Counted from the first letter of the stretch, positions 48,412 through 63,217 are shown. The stretch: DNA of 64,000 nt from Amphiscolops sp. MND2022 (GCA_964187785.1 OZ076409.1:100008001-100072000), one strand, 5' to 3'. Made by a program: numbers and translations. Notes: generated from the letters alone by a model not told the origin.

Positions 48412-51400
48412 CTAGTGGTCAGTAACATCCTCCGCACCCAAAGGTGTGGTGCCGAGCACGTGATTTAATTTAACGTATGGTCGGGTCATCGTTCCGGATT
48501 TCGTCTTCAGAGTCACAGAGCGAGCAACAGAGTCTTTACCATAGTGACGGTCCTGGATTCGAGCTAAAGGGATGATGTTACGGGGGCTGGTCGTATCTAT
48601 TATCCAGACTAAGTCTCCAGTTTTCAGCTCACGACTGGAAGCGTTCCACTTGCGACGCGTGTTCAGAGTCGGGACGTATTCCAACAACCATCATTGCCAT
48701 ATCGAATTGGCGTACGCAATGGTTTGCTTGTATCGACGTCGATGATTGCGTCCATCTAGTTCATTGGACGATTCAAAAGAAGGAACAGAGGTCCTTTCTC
48801 CGAGGAGGAAATGGTTTGGAGTTAACGCTTTTAAGTCAGTGACATCGCTACTGGCGAGAGCTAGAGGACGTGCGTTAAGAAATTGCTCAACCAGACAAAA
48901 TTCAGTTGTTAGTACTTCATCAGTCAGTCTACGATTGCCCAACAATTTATAGAAAGGCGTTTATTGCTTTGGACCAATCTTTCCCACGCACCTCCCTGGT
49001 GCGGAGTGCCCGAAGGGTTGAACTTCCAAAGTAGTCCGTTCGGAATCATATTTGATTTGATTTGATTGGATCATCTACAGACTTCAAGCGTCCAAGGAAT
49101 TCCTTTTCGGGACCAACAAAATTGGCTCCATTATTGGACCATTTTACCTTCGGTTTGCCCTTGCGCGCTATGAAACGTTCCACACCCATTATGCAAGAAT
49201 CAGCACCCATGGAGTGTGCCATCTTTATATGATACGCGCGTGTTGTGAGGCAGGTAAAGAGGAAGCCCCAGCATTTTTGAGTACTTCGACGAACTGTCTC
49301 GTACAAGGGCCCGAAGTAGTCGACTCCGGTAAATGTGAATGGTTTCAGTCTGTATCCGAGTCTCTCTTCGGGAAAGTCGGACATGATGGGTATCGGCGGC
49401 CGACTTTGCACTGAACTTACGACAAGTAACACAATTTCTCTGAATGGACCTGACCGTAGAGTAAAGCTTCAAAATCACTATCAAGGTGTGCTCTTTGTCA
49501 CTGGGCGCTGATGCTTTGCAGAAACGAAGCATATATGCTACAATGTTGCAAGTATTTAGTGAAAGAACTGAAACTGTTTGCTAGTTGACTGCAAACTGTG
49601 CAGGACAGTGGTGCTGTCTGTCCACATAAATACACGTTGTACTTCAACAGGTAGAGCATCCAATACAAAAACCTTTATCCGGGCTGCAAGTAAAGAAGCT
49701 TGGAGTTCGAGGTTGGGGATGGATAATGACTTCATCGAAGCAACTCTGGTTTTCCCGAAGAATGATGCACTCCCATCAGCTTTCCGTGCTTTTGCACGCA
49801 GATATGCAACCGACCGAACACATCTTGCGAACTGTCCCCAAAAACATGAAGCTGAAGGCCGTCTATATTGCAAGAAAAGTAGCTTCTCGGCACTTTCAGC
49901 TCGCCAAGAAGGGGTAAGACTCCAGCGAATAAACAGGTTTGCAATGTTTTCTTGGGTCCCAGTGGAGGCTATGAAGCTTCCAAAATTCCTTCAACCTTAA
50001 ATGCGCTTTGATAGTGGAAGAAGGAACAATTCCGATGGGGTCGAAGACACTCAGACACTTTCAACACATTTTGGTACTACTCGTTGATTAAGCACGCCGA
50101 AAGTTTCGGATTTGAAACTCACAGTTACAGTTTAAACCTAAGACATGGGTTTCGGTAACTTCATCTACTTTAGTGTCTTAGTTTATGCCTTCGAGGACTG
50201 TCTTGTTACTGCTCCCAAACTTGGTGAGCTGGTAATCAACTTTCTGGAGGAGTTTCACAAATCCCTTCAATAACTCGATTGCTTCGTCTGTCGTGAAGAA
50301 GGAATCCAGTTAGTCGACCATAATAAACGTCGTGAGTTCAGCTTGAGCTTGTTTCGGAAATTTGTCGTAGTTGTCGTGACCTGTACGTTGAAGCGCGCAG
50401 GTAGAAGAATCTTTGATGCCATAAACATGGCGCATGTATTGGTAGACTACCACATCTGAAGTGGGATCCTCCCGCCACAGGAAGCGGAGAGAAGGCTGGT
50501 CATCAGGCAAAACACCAACCTGAAACACGCCCTCAATATCCGCGGATACGGCAACCATGTTTTCACGGATGCGAATAACTGACTTCAACAGGTTCTGTAT
50601 CAAGACGTGACCTGGTGGCAGGGTGTTGTTAGGAGAATGGCCACGAAAGAGAGCTACACCATTCAGGACCCTATAGTGAGTTTGTTAGGATTTGAAAAAA
50701 GATGGTGTGGTAAGTACCACTCTAGGAGTGTACTAGACGTAAGATCTTATGAATTCACATCTCTGTTATAACCCTTGTCCAGGTAATCAGTGATCGTTTT
50801 TTCGTATCTCTCAATCAAGCTGGCTCCTTTGTCAAACGTTTTTCGAGTGACTTCAACTGTGCGAGAGAAGTGTAGTAATTGTTGGGCACTGTGCTATCAC
50901 TGTCTGCCAAAAGCATTACCACATTGTACCCGACACCATCAAAGAATGTGGTCCATTCCAAGATTACCATTGGACGGGCATCGGTTTGCGATTTACTCTC
51001 CACTGTCTCAAATGTTCCGTATGACTCAAGGTCATACCAAGACTTGACAACTTGTGCAAGTTCATCGTACTGTTCGGATGTGGCGTTGAAACATGTAGAC
51101 GGTAACGAGACAGTAGATTGAACTGGTCCACTGAGGATCCATCCTAGAGCGAGGCGAAACGCAAGGGGTATCCATAGTTCTTCGTACTGTGAAGTACTCA
51201 AGTGGTCTGATCGCTTCGTATGTAACCTGACCAAGAATGAAAATAACGTCTGAGTAGTGAATTGTTTCCGCAGGCACGGGTTCAAGATGTGGAAATTAGT
51301 CCTTGAGAGCTTTCAGATCAAGACTTTCAATTACCGAAGTCAAGTTCATCTTTGACGTAAGGACTCATTGAAAAAGATTCATGCGAAGAAGGTTCTATTG

Positions 51401-53960
51401 ATCGTATTATCAAGTCAATTTACCCAGTCTACTTACTGTTTTGGTTGAATTAATTCCGTTCACAATGAGCTTCATTTGTGGACCGGTAACGTTCAATTTT
51501 GCAGCAGCGTCCTTCGCAATCCACGATTGACTGGATGCAGAGTCACACAATGCGAATGTTCTTAGGGACCGCTCATGGACTTCCACACAAACTTCAACTA
51601 TTTGGAGAAGTGGTTTGACCGATGGAGGCGTTGAACACATTGTAGTACTTGCTGAGTTTGATCTGCAGAATTGTTAGGTATGAAGCCTTTTGATGTACCT
51701 TCAGTTCCAGATTCGACTACATCTGAGGTTCCGGTTAAACACCGCGGCAAGACAATGCGTTCAGCTCCGTGGAGCAACGCATTATTCGTGCTCTGGCAGA
51801 TTTCTTTCGGACAATTAAAGGGACTTGGAGATTGCCGGAAATAATGATTCTTTCTCAAGCAGAAGAAACACAACTTCGATCCGGCGCAAAACTTGGCAGG
51901 CTACACTGGTGTTTTTCTTTGAAAACCGGGCACTTGAACGGATGTTTGCCATTACATAGAACTGAAGGATCTTTTTCGCTGTTTTGCGCGGATGACGAAA
52001 ATGTCTTAGTTGTTTTTGGTCTGATGTTGGTGACTGCCTTCGAATCAGTTTGTTTTTTGACGTACTCAACATCCGATCACAGGGTCTCGCATTCTCTTTT
52101 ATTCAGGAGTTGAAATCCAAGAGCGTTGGGAGCAAGAAGTTTCTTTTCATTGTTTGAAACTACCACGATTCTTTAGGATTCGGCGGTAATTTACATACTG
52201 CTTGATCCAACAAACAGGAGCTGTTGAGGTCGGCGTTGTATCCCAAAGATTGGAAGACAGCTACAAGACTCGCTACTAGTTTTGCGTACTGTATCACAAT
52301 TATCGAACTGTGCATTTTCACGGGAGGATAAGCATCCAACTTCTCACGACGGTTTGCGGTAATGCATTCTTATTCATTGCTCCACACTAGGCAAAACCCT
52401 CATTCGCATTATTTGCTTTGCTGGCCAATGTTTTCAAGCTGTCATTTTTACATCGTCAGAAAGCAGCGACGCATCCACCGCACTTCTGAACTGTCAGAAC
52501 ATATCATTCCACTCAAGCGAGTTCCGATCGAAGTTCGACAGTTTCCACTCTGGTAGTGGGTCCTCATGCGAGATGGTCAAGAGATTAGCCAAATCTTTGC
52601 CAATTAAATTTCCAATAGACTGGGCTGAATGTGATGGAGCAGTTTGGAGGGGTTGCACGAGTGTCGAAGTCGGTCTACTTCTAGTTAAAACCGAAGGTGT
52701 TGCTGCGATAGGATGATGACGTGGGTTTCTATATAGAGGTGCTATTAAAAGTAGTGCTGCGGGAAACGCAGTATTCGGCAACGTATTTGGCGAAAGAATA
52801 GCAGGTAAACGCTCCGAGGGAAATGTCACTGTGACAAGTTTATTCAATATGAGATAGACAGAACTGTATGGGCGTTGCATGGTTTCGAATGGCGGTTCGA
52901 TTGCTGAGCGTTGCTACAATTACAGAAGGAACTGGTTGGGATGCGATGCCAGGAGTCATTACCGTGTGCGGTGGACCAGGCAACGATGTTACTTTCGTAG
53001 TCTGCGATTGTGATTGTCCGAGTTGAGCAGAGTTGAGGTTAAGTTGAACGTGAGTGTGTTGAAATCTTTGGATAGTTTAGGAAAGCAGCGGATGTTGTTC
53101 AACTACACTCCGGCAGTGACTGTTAAGAACTCATTCGTATGGGTTACACTGACTTTGCTAGTCGAAGTTTCCAAAGCTTCATTGGTAGCTTCAGATAACG
53201 CGGGTGGAAAGGTTGATTCAATCTCGAATATTGATGGATTGTTACTAAGTCGTGGCACAAAACTGCTGATACCGACCCAATTTTCAGTTCGTTTCTTCGA
53301 TTGATTGCCGCTAACACATGGAAGTGTAAGACCATCTTCCTCGGCATTTGATTCGCATGAGTCCTCAACAACAGCTTCTTCGATAATGGCTTGGGCCAGA
53401 CGCTGTCTGTTTTCTCTGCCTGTTCATCCAAAGCTAGCCTGTCTTTAGCATTTGCTCTTCAAGTGCCAACCTTTTGAAGCTCCCTGAGCTTGTAACTTCT
53501 GTTGGGCTATGCGATACTCGGCTTCGTTTTGCTTTTCGATTTCTTTTTTTCTCATTCGAGCAAGTTTGTGCTGCTCCTTTCGCTGACTCGATGTTCCGGA
53601 GCTTTTGGAGGAAATCGTTTTGCGGGGTTGTTCACTTTCCTTCGAAATGTCCGACAAAACACTAGCTGCCTTCGAATTTCTACTTTCACTCAAAGAGTCA
53701 ATGTAATCTCGTCCCGTAGTGACGAAACATTTGTGACGGCTAATGAAATCTTTCAACCAAGTTTCTAAACTCTGCAAATTTCGTCTTTATTGGTAGCACG
53801 AGTACCAACTTCGGTCGCTTCGATAATCAGTGAATGTTGATCTTTGAGTTTCGTTTCTAATATAGTTCGAGCGTCCAAACGTTTCAGAAATTTTTGTTTC
53901 AACCTTAGGTTATTCAAACCAGTAGAAGCAGGGGGAAACTTTGCGTTAGGGAGAAGAGAC
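48412..53960 (-). pseudogene. BEL/Pao gag-pol pseudogene with many frameshifts and stops
   Basis: Series of short minus-strand ORFs carrying Pao gag, knuckle, protease, RT, RNase H and integrase motifs in the expected order. Confidence 0.88.
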
Positions 53961-55370
53961 ACTCAAACCTCGAATTAATCAAATTGCTAGGAGACTCTTG
54001 AACTGACTCGCTAAAGTGAGAAAACAGGATGGTTGTCTTTCTGCAGAAAACTGCACTTGGGGTTGGTACGAAATGGCTTGGAAGTATTGACCTTCGTGCC
54101 GCGAAGTAGTGAAACTTCTTGATTGAGTCATTCGCGAGAGAACATCCAAACAGTAGGAATCTAGAGGAACTAAACTTTTTTGCGAGCGTTCCTCCTTTTT
54201 TCCGAGGGGCGTCGTGTGTTACACCGATTTTTAAGACCTTTCAAGTTATCTTCATGTCTCAAGGCTGTCAAGAGGAGTTTCAATTCAAGCTGATGACTGA
54301 GATGTAGTCACTTCAACCGTTTTCGAAAAAGAGGGTTTTCCGGCTTCGGGGGGAGAGAGGTACTTTTCAACGTCAATGACTCACCGTATTTAGTGTAAAC
54401 AATAGACCTATTTTTGTCTGTCCTTTTAGTGCGCGAGTATATCTAACAGCTCTTCTATGAGACAGGTTCTGTTACCATCACTTCGTTGAGGAGAGAGGGT
54501 GTTGTTGAAAAGGTCGTGCCAAAGTAAAATGGAAACTTTGGTACTCAAAGAACATCCTTTCAACAAATTTTGCATCTTTTATGCAGGAGTTGCAGAGGAT
54601 TAATGCTCAACCCAGAAGCAGCGAAAGTTTGAGAGCGAAGTTGCTTCTGAAGTCGTTAGGGGCAGCGTGTAGGGAGTGTCGAAGAGAACTAGCACCAACT
54701 ACATGAACCATGGGGTCAAACAGCTGTTAAGGGACAGGGCTGTGTCAAAGTGACAACGTATGTTAGAAACAACAAATGAGTATTAAGTTTTGTGTTCAAG
54801 TTTTTGTTCTTACGTCACCGCAATGATGTCTTCAGATATCGTGATAGGAGTGTTGCCTTCGGAGTTGCACTACTGGGATGTCAGCGGGAATGTTGAGTCA
54901 AATCGTCCACATAATTGAAAGACTGCGAAGACCTGGAAATCAAGTCGCATGGAGTACGCCGTATGGCGTCGGTTCAGATAGCCCTATCAACGTAGGTTGA
55001 TTCCGGGTCGGCGGACCATATAAATGTGCGGTCCAGACGCTCGTTCCCAGGGAAATTAGCGATGTTAAAAAGGAGATTGTATTTAGCACGTAATCAAAGA
55101 GAAAATTGATGTTGTTTCAGTGTTCGGAAATGAAACCATGGTCGATATAAACTGTACGAATATACAATGATGTAACACTGACACGAAAAAGCACGTAGGC
55201 AAATATGGTATACAAAAGTTCATTGACAATATTGTTGTTTACAAATAATGACTGCAATTAAATGACATTAATTGGATAACCCTAAAAAGGGTGAAGGTCA
55301 AACGTCTGGGTCGGGAAACGTCACGGAAGGTCATTGCTGAAATTCGAGTTGCAGAAAGGTAAAGAGTTTC

Positions 55371-55437
55371 GGCTCCTTGAGGGTTCGAACCTATACCCCG
55401 GCTCCCTGAGCCCGGTACGGTACCGCTAGACCATTGC
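55371..55437 (-). promoter_or_regulatory. tRNA-like Pol III A/B-box segment inside the BEL LTR (second copy ~48321-48391)
   Basis: Minus strand TGGTCTAGCGG (A box) ... GGTTCGAACCC (B box) with tRNA-like spacing. Confidence 0.65.
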
Positions 55438-56571
55438 TTTGGAACCATTCGTTTTTTCTAGTGGTCAGTAACAACTTGACTTAAAGAGTGTTTGCGTGAC
55501 GAAAGTTAGGTTTAAAAATCTTGTGGTACATAAAGTTGATCGAAACTTCAAGTTTCACTTATACTTCAAATGTTTCATCGCATTTCAGGATACTTGAATA
55601 TTCGTCTTGTAGGATATTCGAACTTTGTTTTTTATTTTGAAACATTTCGAATCTTCCGTTGGGCGACGCTTGCTTCAAGAATTGACAAAGAATGTTGTTA
55701 TTACAAGGTGAGAAAAACATCTCTCGTATGAATTTTTCAACCTAAGTTGCCGCTATTTTTCAATTTTTCGAGAATACTGATGCCTTCTATCAACAAATTA
55801 TGCTAATGAGGTTTTTAATAGCCCCTATAGCACTTGAGGACACTTATAGGCACCGAACATCTTGAAGTGGCCACTATGTAGACAAGCAAAGATGATCGAA
55901 AGGTGAAATGCAGGACTGTTAACCGAAAAACTGTTTTTGCGGAACAGTTTTTTCAATTTTTTGGAGAAAACTGAACTTTTTCAGTATCAGCTCACTAGCC
56001 TTGTTGGAGCTGGGATGGAAAAAACCTCGGTCTATAGTGGGTTACCATGGAATGTCAACCCACGGCTTTCTGCTGACAATGCTGCTATATTTGGGGTGCA
56101 GAAAAAACTTCAGGCACGATACTGATGATACTACCTGCCAGCTTCAAAATGCAGTAGTCGTGTTTTAATATTTAGTCATGAAACTGTTTATTTTTTTTAC
56201 TTATTTAGGAACATTTTTTCCTGAAATTGAAAAAGCATCTAGAGATGCCAAAACTACTTTTTTTTGAGCGTTTTACATTTCGACTTGGTTCTGTTTGCAC
56301 ACTTTGTATTATTTTTGTCAGGATGTGGTTTCTTCGACAATTTCGACATTTCACTGAAAGGTCCACGTTTGTTTTCCTAAGTTTTTACATTTCAGTTTTG
56401 AACCCAATCCAGGATGTTTGCTCAATTTGACTGCTTCTGTTCGAAAAAACAATAAATCAACCAAAAGAAGTTTTCACATTGAAACACAAAATTTTTATTT
56501 CACTTTTTTCCTCGCGGAAGGAATTGAAAACAAGTCAAGACAGCTTAAAAACGGCAAGAAAAATTGGAAAC

Positions 56572-56637
56572 TATCGCAATTCGAGCCCCGAACTCCTGCT
56601 TCTAAAGCCAATGCTATAACCTCAGGACCAAATGCCA
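56572..56637 (-). repeat. Degenerate tRNA-derived (SINE-head-like) sequence
   Basis: Minus strand TGGTCCTGAGG ... GGCTCGAATTG; weak boxes, no clean cloverleaf. Confidence 0.3.
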
Positions 56638-57027
56638 TAAAATTTTAAATGGCACATTGGCAGCCCAATCCTTTTTCGCCACAAACATTTCCGCATCTGT
56701 CTATTTAAAAAGTATCTGTAAAAATCGATCGATTTCAGCGTTAACTAAAAACGCCGACTGAGAAAAGAAGTTAGTGTAAAAGTTGCTTGATTTTGGTCTT
56801 TACTAAATGCTCCAAAAAGAACCCGGCAGCTTGGTTCCTTGTCAAAACGGCGGATTTTGTTCGATTGTGATTCCGAAAACTTTGGATAAACAAGATCTAA
56901 AATCCTAAACAAATATTAAAACTTGGATAAACTCCAGAAACCACTCACTAATCGTACAAAAAAGTCTGAAAAGTCGTCATGAAAAGTTTCCTCGAAAATA
57001 CAACAGGTTTTTAAATAATTCATTTTC

Positions 57028-60000
57028 TCAACGATATCGGATTTTCGGGAAGCAAAAAACTATTCGAACAGAGTCAGAGTGTTGAGTGCTGAAATTGAGG
57101 GGGAAGAAAGAATGAATGAAACCAGGAGTATCACTAGTCAAGACTGGAAGTTCTTTCATGCAGCAGGCATGTGAGTAGGGTAGTTCTATCAAACCTTGAA
57201 ACTTCAATATACTTCCAGTGCTAAACTTGGTAGGACTACACTGCAACATCCACTGTTGAAACTCAATTCGAAAACACTGTGATAAAGATTGGCGATCCAT
57301 CTGAATAAAATCCTGTAAACCACGTTCAACAGAATGTGGCTCAATGGAATATTTCAGCAACTTCGGTAGCAACTGCGAAGTTGTTAAGGACTTTGTTCCC
57401 GGGAAGTGAGAGTTGTTTACAGAATCCTGCGATAAGAAAGTGGAGGGTGAGATTGATATTCGTTCATTCCTCGTATCACCTGAGTAGAGGTTGCGCTCGA
57501 GCAACCCATTATCACCGGCGTCACACTCAGGCAACGTGTCAGCAATACCCAAGGTTGTAATGTCCAAAGATATTGGGTCCACCCCCAAGTCTTTCGTTGA
57601 CGGTTTCATTGGTTCTGCTTCGGCGTTGTTTGGAAAATTGATAGCGGCACTTCTGAGGTGTACCTGCACATCTGCACTTATCGACTGCATTTGTCCTAGC
57701 GCTCGAGCTAGCAGTTTCTCCCTGCGAAGTCCGTTTTGTGCCAACAAGACTGATTTCTCATCCATCTGCTGCTCCAGGGCCTCTAATTGTTGGTCCTCTT
57801 TCTGATAATACTGAATACTGGTTTTATGGAGAGCGGACCTTTTTGACGACGATACTGAACCAGGACTGGAAGTCTTTATGCTCCTCTCTGGCTCGGTTTC
57901 CTGAGAGTTAGATGGCATTGAGTCTAGAAAATTGGAGAAAAGATTGAAACTATCCTCCAAAGGCCAATCTTCCAAGTTCAGATGCTCTAATTTCGTCGAT
58001 CAGCCATGTTCATGTAACATTTGGGATTTATTTTGAGGTTGAACATCATGAACATCAATTGGTTGTGCTCCACTGACATTCTCCCCTCCTTTAGAAAAGG
58101 AACGCATGCGGTGGAAGACTTTCCAACGTTGCATTTCAGCTTTCGCGATTCCAAACTGCTTCACCCGAACCACCTGTGTACCCAAGCTCAGTGTCAGGGT
58201 CAAAGTCAAGAGAAGCTCCAGCAATCACAGCGTGCTGAAAACTGCTCAACCGCCGTTTACGCACTTCTCGATAGGTTAGAAAATTTTGCTCTAGAACAAA
58301 TTGCTGCAGCCAAGTTGGAAAAAGCGCACCAAACAAATTGTCCAGCCGTCTACTGACCTCTCAACCTGAATAAATTTGGGTACATTAAAACTACCCGAAC
58401 GTGTTCTCTGCCAATTTGACGTGATATTCAGTGCTTCTGGTACTTGATACTGCGAAATAAAACAAAATTGGGGCACGAGAGAGTTCAGAACGTTTTCACA
58501 CTCCGGCGGGCAATCCGGTCAAAATTTTGTCATTTGGAAGTTGCTCCTCTGAAAATGTCGTAATTTTGGCAAAGTCGGAACCCTCACGGTCTCTTTTGGA
58601 TATCGAAAACCCTGCTCAGGCTAACAGCGTAACACCTAGAGGTTTTCTCTTTGCAAAACATAGTCCAGAGTGCGTCGCAGGCACTCAAAACTGCTGAAGT
58701 GGGCTTTTTAGGATCAAATTTCAAAGTCCCAGAGGAGTCTAAAATTTATGATCCGTGCCGGCAACTTTTTTGAACCGTACCATTTGCCTCCATTGCACCC
58801 AGGAAGGACTACTAGGTCCTTTAGGTTCGAAAATGAAGGCTTTTGGTCTCTGCCTTGCGTATAGTGGGAGTACTAAGGTTTTATATTTTCGTTTTTTTGA
58901 CCGTTTTTCGGGGTTTTTGTCATAATGTGTGTCTGAACAGAATCAAATTCAGTTCTACCAATCGTACTGGGTAGAAAACCACACAGCACAATTTGTCAGT
59001 CACACAGGTTAGAAAAATAAACCTCCGGCAGCTGATAATTGCCTCCAGCTCCAAGCTGGAGCCTTTTCACCGATTTTTGGATTTTTCATTTTTATTCAAA
59101 ATCCACTCAAGTGGCTTGTAAAAGTGCTGGAAACGTGTCATTTGGTTCAAAATTTTTCACGCGATCACACGCAAAAAAAACTTCAACACAGTACTGACGT
59201 TCGGTATCACTGTGTTCCAATATGCACAGTTTTTCACGCCGACTTCAAGATTGCGATTCAGTGGAAAAAGCTAGCAAGCTCAAATCTTCTGCAATAGCGA
59301 AATTATTAACTAGCGCTGGTTACGATGGTAGGTAGCAATATAGCCCCACGCTTCGGCTAAGGTGCCTGGATTACTGGGAAAAATTACGAAAAAACTGCCT
59401 TTTTGCTCACCTTTTTGTGTGTCACGTTTTTGCTAATTTCTCAAAAAGTACCGCACAGATTTGCACCAAATTTGGTAGTATTTATAAATGAGTGTCTACA
59501 TCACCACTGAAAAGGTCAAATTGAAGCTCGGAGGCCTATTTAAGGTCTCGACCCAATATGGACGTTACACACGAAAAAACACCTTTTTTGAACACTTTTT
59601 TCACAAATTGACTAAGAGGACCACCTCAGAAAGTGGAACGGCAAGCAAAATGGGACCAACGTGTTGCCCCACAAACCGCAGCACTGGCATCAACCTCCAC
59701 TTGGTTGTGCCCGTTAGGTATAAGGCACCGACAGTCCTGCAGTTTTAGATTTTTTCGGCTCTACTTTCGCTTTCTGAAGTCAAAACGTCAGAGATCTTTT
59801 CTCGACTTTGGTGAAGGATACCCTCACCCAATTTTCGGCACATTATTTTGATAACGTTAATTTTGATTGTCGTTATAAAAAGGCAACCACTTTTTAGCTA
59901 GGATTCAGGAATCAGTGACACCGACCCTAACTCGGAGACAGTCAAGTTTTGTGGAAAATTGAAGAAATTGAGTGCATTTTCCCACTTTTCTCAGCACTGA

Positions 60001-62032
60001 ATGGAAGTTTTCATATGCGGTTTTCACTACCATACGTTATTTTCACCATAGTAATCGAAAATGAGAACGCGCAGGTTCCCAGGTTACTAAAACACTGAGG
60101 TGGCGAAGACAGATGTGTTAATGATGTACTCTGGCACTCCTGAAACTGGACAAAAATCACGGTTTTTCGACCTCTGATCACCACGAAAACAATACAAACT
60201 CTCTTAAAACCTAATTTTGGTACTGTGGAGTGTGCCCCAAACTAATAGCAGCACGGAAGAGGCAAGTACATCACAATCCAACACTCTCCCAGTTGTTTTT
60301 TGCCAATTCTGCCAAAAAACGGTTTTTTTCATACAAAATGTGTCACAAAAAGCCTCCAATGGTCTTTCTGGTACTCGTTACAATATGTAGTAGAACCCTA
60401 AAGGTCTTGAGCTGCTTTGTTAACATTTTTGCAACTTCTGTGGCTAATACATAGAGCGCTCGAGCTGGTACTACGAAAAACACTCAAAAACGCCAAAAAC
60501 GATGTTTTTGCAACTTTTGCACTCAAAATTACTTTTTTCACTGAAAACAGATCCAAAAGCACACACTATGTTGCAACAGGGACAAACTAGCATGAACAAA
60601 CGATTGCCAATCAAATAATACGCAATCACAAAGTTTTTTCATACAACAATCCAAAAAGCCTGTTATTGCAGATTGAGGGGTGGTACGTTCGCCGTCCCTT
60701 TTCTCAACATCCAGACCAGTTAAAGACAAACTGTTTTGACTGTCGGCAACGTCAGTGCTTGCTCAATTTTTCCACCGAATCCCAATTTTCTATGACGTCT
60801 GTAGGAGAAATGAGAGAGGAGAGTCGGGAACACTCGTTTCGGCTCGTCTATCCGTCGGATGGAATGTGGTTCATCCATCAATTTCACCTCTCGTACATAA
60901 GCGCAAATCACTGAAAACAGCTAGAAAAACTTGTTAAACACCAGTAGCGACGTGCTACTGTCCACTGCGCTTCTAAAACGAGGACCCGTTGATGGGAACC
61001 TTGCAATTTTAGACGATATCTGTCAACAAGTACCTTCTGTCAAAACATATCACAGGTACTCAAAAAAAACCCCTAAAAGATTGGAAAATACCAAAATATA
61101 ACATTATATCATCAGAAAATTTAAGAAAAACTCTGGGTAAACGTCTCCTTCCAGAGTCCAATCGTTCTTGGCGTCAAATACCAGGGGGCCAGATCTTTTA
61201 AAAACCACTAGGGAAAGCTTACCAAGACGATCCCTCTGTGGTCGCCAAAAAATGAGTTTCTATGTAACGACAAGCGCTGGCGTTTAACCGAAACTTAGAA
61301 GAGGAGGACTAGAACTGTGAATATGATCCGGGACTTAGATCTCCACGGCCCTAGCTCATTTTGCCTCCAAGGGAGCCAGTCTCTGTGTGAGGGAACCTTC
61401 TTATAGGATGCTCTGTGGCCCCGTCCCAGTCTTTAATTGCTGAGAATAACGGGCATACGTCTCGGACCTTCGCCTCGGACCACCGTTTAGACAGCCTTTG
61501 GAAACGAGGCCAAGGATAAACATTGTAAGTTTCCATCTTCGGGCTGATTTCGGAATAATATCAAAAATGGGGAACAAGATCTAAAATTGCACAAACTAGC
61601 GCTCGAGCTAGTTCAAACAGCTAAATCCAGCAGAAACACATCAAAGCACACATCGGACTGGCAAACCACACAGCTACAAGCTGGGGCACAGGGGCTCCAA
61701 GCACCAAACAAGGACAATTCAGCAAAAAAGTCTCATTTTACCGGTTTCTGCCACTTAGGGTAGCATAATGCTGAAATCGATGAAAACCGGGGTTAGCATC
61801 TCGAAAAGAGTCTATTTTAGAGTTCACTAAGCTCTCAGGCTATCTCGTTCGCCGTGTTCCCGCTCGGTCTGCTCCCGTTTTCGTTTTGCATTGAAAATGG
61901 CGAAAACAGCGTAAAGAGCAATCACATGCTCAGTGCCACGTCACACATCGAATTAGAATTTTTGACCAAATTTCGGAACATGTCACAATTCCAAAATCGG
62001 TTGATTTTGCTGTACCTGAGGGTCCCGTTACA
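57028..62032 (-). mobile_element. Truncated relative of element B: one LTR (61263-62032), PBS, leader and decayed gag 5' part
   Basis: TGTAACG...CGTTACA termini; LTR-end/PBS junction matches element B; 59230-60070 homologous to 26810-27650; STKDLGVDPIS vs TTRDQGVDPMS in gag; left boundary uncertain. Confidence 0.85.
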
Positions 62033-63217
62033 TTTAGCTCCGTAACCGACACGATCAAGTTGCACTCGCTCTTTGTTTTCTCAACTACTCATCTGGTGTA
62101 ATCACCACTTCTCAAATAGCACGCTTAAAATGACGCTGGTTTGAACTTCTTAATGGGAATGGCATTGAATTGCATTGAAATGGTGGTAAATTGATATAAT
62201 CGCCGCTACATTAAAGAATAAAACTGCTTCCTAATGGAACCAGCAAAACCTTCAAACTTCGAATGTTAAGATGCTTCCTTTATAAAAGCAGGGTACAACA
62301 AGAAAGTTTCAGCGCATGAAAATGTCTGAAACAGTTTTTATAAAACAATAAGTAATTAGTATTGTTCACAACCTTCAAAAACATGGGAAAAAGTCGAGTA
62401 GTTTGAACAATTGGTTTCGCGAATGCATAGTGATCTTTTCAACTTTCCAACATTATTTATTGGGAAAAATATATCAAAAATTGGTTCCTCTTGAATCTAT
62501 CTGAAGCTACTCAACTTCAAATGAGACCCATTCCGAATAAATTTAGAAGAAAAAATTTAGAGTAAACGTTAAACAAAATATTTAGAAATTGACATAAATC
62601 CATCTATTGTCACTTTCAAGTCATCATACTCAAACGATGCATCCAAAAGCGAAAACTTTTGAAATTGGTTCTGAAAAAAACGAAAGTGGAAAAAAAATCA
62701 CGAAAGTGCATATTTTTGAATTATGAACAAAAATGGATAAATTGTTTCTTTAATAACTTTTGTTGTATTCTTACAATTATTCCGCGCTGGAAGGAAGCCT
62801 GAAAGTTGGCATCATTCGAGGTAAGAAAGTGGTGTAAGACAAAAGTTAAAATCTTTTGACAAATTTACTATCAAATGAGGACCTTATTACAAATTACGAG
62901 TCTCGGAATTATTTAACACTAAAATGTTTGCGTGTATTATACAAACAAGTTTTCCGACGGAGTTGATTGGAGTCCCAAATAATAATGTGCATCTGGAGAC
63001 TGGATAAGAGGATTTCTCCAATAAACGTTGTAGCGAGCAGCAATATCTTGCAACTACTGAGTTTGTTGAAATCCCATGTAAGCATCCAGTATACGTGGCA
63101 CTCGCGGGAAAATTAGTATAATATAATCCGTTTGTCAAGCTCCGCCGTCTTCGTGCTGCAAGAAGTTTTGAATCAGTTTTTTGTGACCATAGGTTTCTGA
63201 GTTTTCCAATTTCCATT

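Larger units (their letters stand above)
47974..55473 (-). mobile_element. Decayed BEL/Pao LTR retrotransposon (~7.5 kb)
   Basis: Diverged LTRs 47974-48427 and 55025-55473; TSD ACTTG both sides; PBS-like TGGTCCGCCGACCCGGAA; fragmented motifs GVDYFGP, FLFTCLTTRA, LTPNHFLLG, LHVFGDSS, SIPNLELQA, ADIE..FQV..LRFLWR, ALCDSAS. Confidence 0.93.

Noticed and set aside
55371..55437. Functional tRNA gene
   Set aside because: Acceptor stem does not pair convincingly; it lies within an LTR and the two copies are diverged.
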